In this document: positions 37,701-49,700 of the stretch, one piece after another
How the letters are laid out: the number at the start of each line of letters is the position of its first letter
Numbering within the stretch: position 1 is the stretch's first letter
NCBI RefSeq assembly: GCF_030028105.1
Contig: NC_092374.1
Coordinates: 180,127,487 to 180,191,486, forward strand
Source of the DNA: Mobula birostris
Taxonomy: Eukaryota
DNA length: 64,000 bases
Direction: 5' to 3'
Program-made: the position numbers and the translations under genes
Notes under the pieces: generated by a model
Database searches by the model: none
Seen by the model: only the letters and a program-made list of their open reading frames with translations
What the model was told of the DNA's origin: nothing

Positions 37701-40700
37701 ATCAGCGATGTTCAGTTCCCTACCCCAATATCCCGGAATTGCAACCTCCCCCGACCACTCACCCACTCGCAGTTGCTTCCTTCCGTAAGCCAGGAACTTC
37801 CTCAGCCACCGGACACAGTCCACCTTCAGGAAGTACTTCCATTTCCCAATGTTGACCATGTCCTGATCCCACTGGTGTTTAATTCTCTCTGCCCACATTA
37901 CAAATGCGTCCCACTCTGTGTGGTCCTTGTCCAGGCTCAGCAGGTCGTCTCCATCCCAGCTGTACTGAGTGAAGCCTTTCGTGGTCCCATTCTCCCTCAG
38001 GTCACAGCCAATCACCTGCTGGAGTGTGTGGATTTCTGTCAACAACATAAGAAGTCGGCGAATGTTTAACGAAACTCATGGTTCTTGTTCTGTGTTCAGA
38101 GAAGCACACGTGTCCAGTCAAAGGACCCTTAAATAAATGAGACCATCTGTATGGACTCACAGAGCTAGAAAAAGGCCTTTCAGCCCATCACATCTATGCT
38201 GATGTCTCATCCCGCTTAAGTTCATTTTACCCAGGGTATCAATACTTTGTGCAGCAGGAGCACAGCACATGAAAAACACAATGGAGATAGTTTAACATGT
38301 ACTTGAATTAACATAAATTATGCACCACTAAACATAAGGACACTTGTACAAGCTGATGGAGAAAAGAAATACAGTCCTCTTGTAGATGTCCTTGATGGTG
38401 TGAAGGGCTGTACCTGTGATAGAACTGGCTGAGTTTACCTCTCTCTGCATCCTCTTGTGTTCCTGTGTACTGGAGTTCTTTCATACCAGGCAGTGATGCT
38501 TTCCACCGTACATCGGCAGAGGTTTGTCAGAGTCTTTGGTGAAGTGCAGAATCACCTAAACTTTTAAGAAAGGAGGGACATTGGCATGCTCTCATTGACG
38601 GTTGCGTCTAAGTGCTGGCTTCAGGATAGACCCTCTGAGATGTTGCTTCAATGACCCTTCACCGTAAGCCTTTCGGTGAGGACTGGTGTGTTCCCAGTAC
38701 TTGGTCCATAACTGAGTTCTGCCTTACAATTCAAGTGCTCACCCAGAGAATTAATGTTGTGGACAGCTAACTAATCTATTAATTGCATGCCTAAACTAAA
38801 TTAATGCCCTCTGCCTTCACAACAACCGAATCCTCCAATTCCCAGCACAATCATGTACCTACGAAGAGTCTCTTCAGCAGCTCCAGTATTTCTGCCTCCG
38901 TCACCACTGCAGGCAGTGCTTTTCAGGCACCCACCACTCACCATGCACATCTCCTTTCAACTTACCCCTCCCACTGGGAATGCATGCTTTTCGACCCTGG
39001 GAGCAAGATGCTATCTGTCTCTCTGTTTATACCTCTTGTAAACATACAGTAAATCAGGGCTTCCCTCTGCCTCCACTGTCCAGAGAAAACAACCCAAGTT
39101 TGTCTCACCTTTCCTTACGGCACGTGGCCTCTAATCCAGGCGGCATTGTGGCAAACATCTTCTGCGCCGCCTGCCAAGTCTCCATATCCTTACCACAACA
39201 GAGTGACTGCAACTGAATCTCCTGTAATTTGCACTGCCCCAATTTCATACCCTCCTGCAGGGTCTACACTTCCCCTTATCTATAGCTCTCTTAAAACTTA
39301 AGGAACAGTGATCTCCATTGCTTAAACGTTTTCCCACAGAAAGGTCAGTCACCTGACCAGGCTGATTTTGCAGCCTTGGATGCCATATATCCCCTCCTTT
39401 AGTTGGACTATTTACACTTACTTAAGGACCCATCCCCAGTTGTCCCTAACAAATAAACCCCATGCACTAAGGAGGTCCCCGTTTATATTGAGGAAACTGA
39501 AGTAACTCCCAACAACAAAACCTTTTGTTTTCCCGTCTTCCCTGAATCTGCCCGCATGCCTGTTTCTCAACGGCTATTGAAGGGTCTGTTGTTTGTTGTC
39601 CCATTAGGTTGCTTGCACCTTTCTTATTCTGAGTTTTATTCCTATACACTCAGTGGCCACTTCATGAGATATGTCTTGTACCTCAGACAGGAGTGCTGCT
39701 GCTGTATCCTAACCATTTTAGGGTTTGAGGAGATGTGTGTTCAGAGATGCCCTTCTGTAAGCCACTATGGTAACACATGGTTAGGGTTACTGTATCCTTC
39801 CTTTTCTGCTTGAACCTGTCTCAACAATCTCCTCTGACTTCTCTCATTAACAAGGCAATTTCAGTCACAGAATGCCTCCCACTGGATGTTTTCTGTTTTT
39901 CACGCCATCCTCTGTAAACTCTAGAGAACGTTGTGAGTGAAAATCCCAGGAGATCACTTTCTGAGATACTCAAACCATCCAGTCTGACACCAACAATCAT
40001 TCCACGGTCAAAGTCATTTAGATCACATTTCTTCCCAAATCTGATGTTTGATCTGAGCAACAACTGAACCTTTTGACCATGTCTGCATGCTTTTATGCAT
40101 TGAGTTGCTACCACATGATTGGCTGATTAGATATTTGCATCATTAAGTGTACCTAATAAAGTGGCAACTGAAGTTAGACTCAGTGGGTGAGCCCTCAGTG
40201 ATGTCCCCTCTGAACACTCTGCTGTGATATTGTCCCCGATTAATATTGCAGCTCTTGGCCCTCCTTTACCTTCTCATTCTGGCTTCTCGCTCATGATGGA
40301 AGGGTCTTGGCCCAAAATGTCAACCGTTCATTCCCTTCCGTAGACTCTTGCTCTCATTGACCTCCCATTCTGTTATGATACACACCCAACTGCTCCAGCT
40401 TCCGACATTTAGACCTCTAACTCTCTGGAATACGGCTAGCTGGCGCGGCCCCTTTAAGAGTTCAGGACTATCCTGCTAACTGGCAATCACAGTTTGGGCA
40501 CCAAGAATTCAGTACTTAAAGAGACCTGAACCGAGGTTCAGTGCTCAATGGTGAGCCTAACTAGAAATATTGTCTAGCACAGCCCTTCTCAACCTCCTTG
40601 CCCTGGAGAAACCGTTGAAATAGTTTTCAGATCTCAGGGAACCCCTATGTAAAAATTATTATATCTACAGCTCACGGTACGTTAGTGTGATCAGTAATTT

Positions 40701-43700
40701 GTAGATATAATTATCCAAAAGTAATAGTCAATGCTCTTTTGAATAGAGAATCAATTTTTCGCCAACCTTTCTTAAAAATAAAACAGGTAATTAAGCTTAG
40801 CCTACCTTTCTTGAAATTAATCTCTTTCTTTCCCTTTCACAAATTTTAAAAACTCATAAGACAAACATAATGAATTTCTGTTAAATAACTGGCTTAAGCC
40901 AAAATGGGACTTAAATTTTCCTAAAGGTAGGCTCGGTAGATTTAATTTAAATAAAACTTGTAAGTTGCTTTTAATTAGTGCTACTTACAACATGAAAATT
41001 TATTGACAATGTTGAATGGTAAAGTTACTAAAAACTATAAGCCAAAGCAGTATGAATAAAAATATAGCCTAAGACACAATTGTACACAGGACTTTGAAAA
41101 AACATTTTCTTACTAAGTGACAGATATAGGCCCAGCATGTGAAACCCGTGCTTGTTGTTTGCCATAGACTAGGCACAATGGAATAGGACAACCTGGACCA
41201 CCAGTCCATGAAGGCCCCATTAATAAGCAGCTTTCATTGCAAAGAGGCACTTTTTTGTGTCTGTTGTGGTAAATAGTGCAGTGAAATGACTCAGAAGATT
41301 GTAATTCTTCATCATTAACCTTATCAGAATTGTCCGTAGGCCTAGGCCTAGTATCCTCCTCTTCCATCTCACACCTTCTCTTCAAAAATTGGCACATTGG
41401 ACTGTCTTTAGAATAAAAAGTTCCCTCCAATTTTCTACTACACCTGTAGAGTCTGTTCACTCCCATAAGTCAGTCGTCGGCGCACAACAGGAAGCTGGGG
41501 GACGTAATTCGGAAGGGAGAGCACTGCCATACTGGGCTGAGAGCTCTCCAACGTGATTGCCAATGGTGCTGCTTAGTCACTGCCCACCACTCCGAGTGCT
41601 AGCATCATGCGTCGCATGAAGTTCAGAAAACTATGTTTATTTTTAATCATGATCTCTCGCAGAACCCCCAACAAACTCCCAGGGCACCCTGTAAAGATTC
41701 ACGTACTGACGCATGCTCCGTAACCTTACCACTAATATCCCTGGCGCTAAAGTAAACACATTTCCACCCATTCATTCCATCGTCTCCATTACCTTGCTCC
41801 TGAATTACTGCTCATCTACCTTCCAGTCAATCCCTCCATCTTCTGACTTGTTGCTCTGGTTTCCCCTCCCCACCCCAAGAAAAACAGTTTAAATCTTCCA
41901 GAGTAACACGACCAAACTTCCCAGCCAGGATATTAGTTCCCGTCCAGATAAAGAGCAGGTCATCTCCGCCACAGATGCTCCAAGTATCAAAAAAAGTTCA
42001 AGGTCTCTCGAATGTCCCACACCTCACGCAGGCGGGAGAAGGAAGAAAACCCTCCCTGCCATGCCCGACCACAGTCCGACTCTGAGTTGTCCGAAAACCT
42101 CGAGCCTCTGATCGGCCCTCCGACACCGAGTACCGAGCACCATCTCTATCCGAATGGTTCGACCTCAGTCTCGGTCGCCAGCAGCAGACAAAGCCGGGGA
42201 TTTTGGGGCCTTCCCTCTGGAGATTCTCGATCACAGAGTAGCAGCGGCAGTGAACTGGCATTTCAGAAATTTCTCCAGATGTTCCTCTGTGCTTTCACGT
42301 CTGTCTCCATCAAATCAGAATTGTCCACGGCCCCTATTTAACAGAAACGATATCATTTCACCGGAGAGCTGCGCGTGCTGCCATCTTCTCCTCCCGCTTA
42401 TGGTGGGGAGGCTAAACACAGCTCCAAAGCCATGATTTAAGTTTGCTGGTGACACCACAGTCACCGGCCAGATTGGAGGTGGTGATGAGTCCCCATATAG
42501 GATGAGGCTGAAAATCTGGCTGAGCGGTGCCACAACAATAACCTGTCACTCAGTGTCAGCGAGACCAAAGAGCTGATTATTGACGTCAGGAGGAGGAAAC
42601 TGCAGGTCCGTGAGCCCGTCCTCACTGGGGGACCGGAAGGAGAGGGCCAACAACTTTAAATTCCTCAGTGTTATCATTTCATAGGATCTGTCTTGGGCCC
42701 AGCAAGTATGTGGAATTATGAAGAAAGCACACTTAGAAGTTTGTGAAGATTCGGCATGAAATCTAAAACTTTAAAAAACTTCAATAAATGTATGGTGGAG
42801 AGTATATTGACTGGCTGCATTATGGCCTGGTATGGAAACACCAATGCCCTTGAATGGAAAGTCTTACAAAGAGTAGTGGATATGGGCCAGTCCCTCATGG
42901 GTAAAGCCCTCCCCGCAAACGAGCACATCTACACAGACTGTTCTTGTAGGAAAGCAGCACCCATCATCAAGAAACCTCCCACAGCCCAACCAGCCATGCT
43001 CTCTTCTTGCTGCTGCAATTGGGAAGAAGAGTCTGGAGCATAGTTCCCTCTAAGCTGTGCGCGTGTGCGCGCACACACGTTTTTCAACCAGTGCACAAAG
43101 GAAATTAATGCACGCACAAAAGGTTACTTACCTAAAATAATGTAGTAGTTAATAATTATACTTATTGAAACTAATCTTTTAGCTAACTGTTTCTGTTACC
43201 TAGTTAGTCGGTTTTTCAAATACCACAATGCACGTCACTAATTTACGTCACCTCACCTTTCCTGTTCCGGTTTGTACAGCTGCATCACGGCGGCAGCCAT
43301 CTTTGGCGGACAGTGTTCATATCGTAAAGTTTACAAAGATCTGTTTCAAACCCTGTAGATAGCTTACTTAGTTTTTATTGGAAAAAATATTGATTCACTA
43401 TTTCGAATTCAAAAGAAGTGAAGGGCGTGAAGCACAAAAGAACTGCAAATTTGTTTAAAGTTGAATGGCTTAACAAAATAGTAGAAACTGTTACACCAAA
43501 AGCTCATGAGGTCACGAACATTCAGCTATGAGAAATATTTATGTGCGATTCGGAAACTGGAGTTATGTTTGTATTGTCGTGATGCGAAAGTTGCTGGAGA
43601 ACTTGCTAGTGGGAAGAAGTGGGATGATATTTGGAAACTTGACTTTTTGAAGCATCATTTGGCAAGTAAATCGCATTTGGACGGTGTACAAAAGCTCAGG

Positions 43701-46700
43701 CAACAGAACCTGTCATTACCTGTTACAGGAGTGCTACGCATGTACGATTGAGTGTAGATGAGCGAGAGCGAAAACCATCAAACCCAGAGGAGACCAAAGT
43801 TGAGGTACAAGAATGGTCAGCCTTTGATTTCTCCGCAATTGCAGATTCTGACTTCACATTAGGCGATGAACAAGTTAATGCCTTATGTCTAAAATATCAT
43901 GATTTTCTGGCTGAAAATATTGTAATAGTTAGACAGTTTAATGATTTCAAATTTTCCGTGCAAGAAAAAATTAAATCCAAATTGATTTCAAACTTTGCTC
44001 AGATGGTGGCACTTGTACTTCAAAATGAACAGCTTTGCCACCTTGCACAGTTGATGGACATTGGGGGAACCTTTCTTGCATCTAGTGCGGACTGTGAGCG
44101 AGATTTTAGCCTAATGAATCAACTCAAAAACAAGCTGAGAAACCGTTTAGGTGAATGTCATTTGATATGTTAATGAGAATCAAAAGCTATCAATGCCATG
44201 GAAGTTCTATTAGTCGCGATAGAGTTTACAAAGAATAGGTAAATGCCAAAGACAGGAGAGAGAAAAAAATAACTGAGTGACTTAAATATGATAAAAATTA
44301 AATATTTCCAACCTGATGGCATGAACATTGACTTCTTTAACTTCCGTTAATGCCCCTCCGCCTGTTCGTACCCCATCCCTTATTTATTTATTTATTATTA
44401 TGATTTTTTTTCTTTCCCTTTTTTCTCTCTTTTTCCTCCCTCTGTCCCTCTCACTATAACTTCTTGCCCATCCTCTGGGCTTCCCTCCTCCCCCTTTCTT
44501 TCTCCCTAGGCCTCCCATCCCATGATGCTCTCCCTTCTCCAGCCTCGTATCCCTTTTGCCAATCAACTTCCCAGCTCTTAGCTTCATTCCCTCCCTTTCC
44601 TGTCTTCTCCTATCATTTTGGATCTCCCCCTCCCCATCCCACTTTCAAATCTCTTACTATCTCTTCTTTCAGTTAGTCCTGACGAAGGGTCTCAGCCCGA
44701 AACGTCGAATGTACCTCTTTCTATAGATGCTGCCTGGCCTGCTGTGTTCACCAGCATTTTTTGTGTGTGTGACTTCAATATGTATGTTATTTCGTTGTTA
44801 TTCTGTGCAGTTTTATGTCAAGTATTTTGTAAACCTACATAAACTATCCCACCAACACACATCAAAGTTGCTGGTGAACGCAGCAGGCCAGGCAGCATCT
44901 CCAGGAAGAGGTACAGTCGACGTTGCGGGCCAAGACCCTTCGTCAGGACTAATTGAAGGAAGAGCTAGTAAGAGATTTGAAAGTGGGAGGGGAGGGGAGA
45001 TTCAAAATGATAGGAGAAGACAGGAGGGGGAGGGATGGAGCCAAGAGCTGGACAGGTGATTGGCAAAAGAGGTATGAGAGGATCATGGGACAGGAGGCCC
45101 AGGGAGAAGGAAAAGGGGGAGGGGGGAAAACCCAGAGGATGGGCAAGGGGTATAGTCAGAGGGACAGAGGGAGAAAAAGGAGAGAGAGAGAAAGAATTTG
45201 TGTATATAAATAAATAACGGATGGGTTATGAGGGGGAGGTGGGGCATTAGTGGAAGTTAGAGAAGTCAATGTTCATGCCATCAGGTTGGAGGCTACCCAG
45301 ACGGAATATAAGGTGTTGTTCTTCCAACCTGAGTGTGGCTTCATCTTTACGGTAGAGGAGGCTGTGGATAGACATGTCAGAATGGGAATGGGATGTGGAA
45401 TTAAAATGTGTGGCCACTGAGAGATCCTGCTTTCTCTGGCGGACAGAGCATAGGTGTTCAGCAAAATGGTCTCCCAGTCTGCGTCGGGTCTCGCCAATAT
45501 ATAGAAGGCCACATCAGGAGCACCGGACGCAGTATATCACCCCCGCCGACTCACAGGTGAAGTGTCGCCTCACCTGGAAGTACTGTTTGGGGCCCTGAAT
45601 GGTGGTAAGGGAGGAAGTGTAAGGGCATGTGTAGCACTTGTTCCGCTTACAAGGATAAGTGCCAGGAGGGAGATCAGTGGGGAGGGATGGGGGGGACGAA
45701 TGGACAAGGGAGTCGTGTAGGGAGCGATCCCTGCGGAAAGCAGAGAGTGGGGGAGGGAAAGATGTGCTTAGTGGTGGGGTTCCGTTGGAGGTGGCGGAAG
45801 TTACGGAGAATCATATGTTGGACCCGGAGGCTGGTGGGTTGGTAGGTGAGGACCAGGGGAACCCTATTCCTAGTGGGGTGGCGGGAGGATGGAGTGAGAG
45901 CAGATGTGCGTGAAATGGGGGAGATGCGTTTAAGAGCAGAGTTGATGGTGGAGGAGGGGAAGCCCCTTTCTTTAAAAAAGGATGACATCTCCCTCGTCCT
46001 GGAATGAAAAGCCTCATCCTGAGAGCAGATGCGGCGGAGACGGAGGAATTGTGAGAAGGGGATTGCATTTTTGCAAGAGACAGGGTGAGAAGAGGAGTAG
46101 TCCAGATAGCTGTGAGAGTCAGTAGGCTTATAGTAGACATCAGTGGATAAGCTGTCTCCAGAGATAGAGACAGAAAGATCTAGAAAGGGGAGGGAGGTGT
46201 CGGAAATGGACCAGGTAAACTTGAGGGCAGGGTGAGAAAGCAGGATCTCCCAGTGGCCACACATTTTAATTCCACATGTCATTCCCATTCTGACATGTCT
46301 ATCCATGGCCTCCTCTACTGTAAAGAGAAGCCACACTCAGGTTGGAGGAACAGCACCTTATATTCCGTCTGGGTAGCCTCCAACCTGATGGCATGAACGT
46401 TGACTTCTCAAACTTCCGCTAATGCACCACCTCCCCCTCGTACCCCATCCGTTATTTATTTATATACACACATTCTTTCTCTCTCTCTCTCTCCTTTTTC
46501 TCCCTCTATCCCTCTGACTATACCCCTTGCCCATCCTCTGGGTTTTTCCCCCCCGTCCCCCCTTTTCCTTCTCCCTGGGCCTCCTGTCCCATGATCCTCT
46601 CATATCCGTTTTGCCAATCACCTGTCCAGCTCTTGGCTCCATCCCTCCCCCTCCTGTCATCTCCTATCATTTTGGATCTCCCCCTCTCCCTCCCATTTTC

Positions 46701-49700
46701 AAGTCTCTTGCTAGATCTTCCTTCAGTTAGTCCTGACGAAGGGTCTCAGCCCGAAACATCGACTGTACCTCTTCCTAGAGATGTTACCTGGCCTGCTGCG
46801 TTCACCAGCAACTTTGATGTGTGTTGCTTGAATTTCCAGCATCTTCAGAGTTCTTAGTGTTTACATTTTTAAATAAACTGTCCCATGTGTGCATTCAGTG
46901 CGCACATACATTTGTCACAGGAAAAAGATTTGCACAACATAAGATTTTTGCGCACACTGACTACTAAAAATTAGAGGGAACATTGGTCTGGAGCCTCAGG
47001 ACCCAAAACACTATGTTTAGAAACAGTTATTACCCCTCAGCCATCAGGTTCTTGAGCAAGAGGGGATAACTTCACTCAACTTCACTCGCCCCATCACTGA
47101 ACTCTTCCCACAAACTGTAGACTTACTTCCAAGGACGTATGATAATGTACATGTACTTTGATAATAAATGTAGTTTGAACTTTTAAATTTAAAATACATG
47201 TTGACAACATCTACCACCCTGCCCTTATCAATCCTCTTCAAAAATTAATCACATTTGTGAAGCAGGATTTTCCACACACACATCCATGTAAATTACCCTT
47301 TATCAGTCTTTACCTTTCCAAAACCTGGTAGATCCCTCATTATTGCCTTATGTCTACTGGCACCTTCCTTGTTGTAATGTAGATATATTACAACACCCCA
47401 TTGCTCATTTCCCTTCACTCATTAACTTCCAAAACATTCTCCGCAAATACAGATGAAAAATATTCATTTAGCACCTTGGCCATCTCCTGTGGCACTTCAG
47501 AATGATGACCACACCGAACCTAAAAGGGACTATGCTGTCCTTGGTTAGCCTTTTGCTCTTTTACTTCTAGAATCTCAGTAAATTACCTCTATTTGTGGTG
47601 TCAGTCTGCTACTGAAGGAGAATTCCAGATATTTGTCACTTCCATTCTGAATACTTATAGAAGTACATATCCTGACATTCAATATTAGTCACCCCATAAT
47701 TTTTTGGGGGAGGGGACACGTGTAACCTAAGGGCCTGTGTCCTATGAGACAGTCTCACAACACTTGGTTCAAATAGACCACCATGAGTGGCATTGGTGCC
47801 TCATTAACTGGATAACACGGTGAATGTACTGATGGGCATTGTGCTCACTCTGAATAATTTTATGAATAAAAGTTAATTTTGAAATTAAAACCAAGTTGTC
47901 TGCAGGTTCAATTCTTGCCCGTCACTCCGCCACGTTTGAAGCACTGACCAGCCACTCACTTAAATCTAATCACTGGGAAACATGTGTTGACTGATTTGAT
48001 GCAAAGATTCAACCCCAATTTATAAAAGTCACGCTGAAATTAAACTAGTCAGATAGGGACTCACCACCCAACTGATTGGTCAAAGACGTTATGAAGAGAA
48101 TAAGTTTTTTCTGGGTCCTCTCCCACTCCTCAGCAAGTGACAACTTCTTCTGCCATTCGGCCCCCTCGCTCTTCACCATCCACTGCTCCTGGGGAACCAG
48201 CTTCCGCTTACTGTCGTAAACCACAAACTGGACACTATCCACATTGGTGACAGCCACTAACTGTGGAAAATCCGGAATCTCAGTCACGGACGTCAGGAGA
48301 ATTCGGAGAGAGTGAGATTCTGAAACAAAGAGAGAGGGGAAAATCAGGGCACAAAACAAGGTAACCTATCGCAGCCGATACAATGCGGAGACAAAGTCAC
48401 AGGCTGGTTCCTTACTGGGTTCCATTATCCCCGTCTGCTGTCAGCCTCCTAACACAGGGAAGTAGTCGATGATTTCCGTGATCCCGCCTGAAGCCCTTGT
48501 GCTCCAGTGGTCAGTTTGTTGGAGACGAGACGTAACATAACATCACAATAGGGAACATGTCACTGGGGCAATGACACAGCCTTATCCGACGTTGGTCTTC
48601 ACAGAGGTTGCTGTAGGTCGGGATGCGCACGCACACGCTCAACACACAGATCGTCACACATATTCCTGTTCCAATTAGACAGGGAAGTTATAGTGGGGTA
48701 CAGGAACCATGGTGTACAAAGGCTGGAATAAATCTAGTCAAGAAGAAAAGAAAAGCTAACAAAAGGTTCAGAGATTTAGAGATCTAGAAGATTATAAGGC
48801 TAACAGGAAGGAGCTTAAGAAGGAAATTGGGAGAGCCAGAAGGAGCCATGAGAAGGCCTTGGCGGGCAGCATTAAGGGAAACCCCAAGGCATTCTACAAG
48901 TATGTAAAGAGCAAGAGGATAAGACGTGAAAGAACAGGACCTATCAAGTGTGACAGTGAGAAAGTGCGAATGGAACCGGAAGAAATAGCAGAGGTACTTA
49001 GTGAATACTTTGCTTCAGTATTCACTGTGGAAAAGGATCTTGGTGATTGTAGTGATGACTTGCAGCAGACTGAAAAGCTTGAGCATGTAGATATTAAGAA
49101 AGAGGATGTGCTGGAGCTTTTGGAAAGCATCAAGTTGTATAAGTCACTGGGACCGAATGAGATGTGCCCCAGGCTACTGTGGGAGGCAAAGGAGGAGATT
49201 GCTGAGCCTCTGGCGATGATCTTTGCATCATCAATGGGGACGGGAGAGGTTCCAGAGGATTGGAGGGTTGTGGATGTTGTTCCTTTATTCAAGAAAGGGA
49301 GTAGGGATAGCCCAGGAAATTATAGACCACTGAGTCTTACTTCAGTGGTTGGTAAGTTGATAGAGAAGATCCTGAGAGGCAGGATTTATGAACATTTGGA
49401 GAGGCATAATATGATTAAGAATAGTCAGCATGGCTTTGTCAAGGGCAGGTCATGCCTTACGAGCCTGATTGAATTTTTTGAGGATGTGACTAAACACATT
49501 GATGATGGTAGAGCAGTAGCTGTAGTGTATATGGATTTCAGCAAGGCATTTGATAAGGTACCCCATACAAGGCTTACTGAAAAAGTAAGGAGGCATGGGA
49601 TCCAAGGGGACATTGCTTTCTGGATCCAGAATTGGCTTGCCCACGGAAGGCAAAGAGTGGTTGTAGACGGGTCATATTCTGCATGGACGTCGGTGACCAG

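Larger units (their letters stand above)
43039..46985 (+). mobile_element. Defective hAT transposon (ZNF862/C17orf113-like transposase remnants) with nested Penelope sequences
   Basis: TIRs catagttccctctaa / ttagagggaacattg; perfect 8-bp TSD GTCTGGAG (43031-43038, 46986-46993); CLYC...KHHLASKSH zinc finger and [14 protein letters not shown] dimerisation motif. Confidence 0.85.

Noticed and set aside
48416-48425. Alternative leaderless first exon ATG GAA CCC A|gtaagg, 96 nt upstream of a1
   Set aside because: Phase-compatible and has a good donor, but encodes no signal peptide; a convincing leader with a Y box exists at 51374-51446. Only 5' RACE could rescue it.
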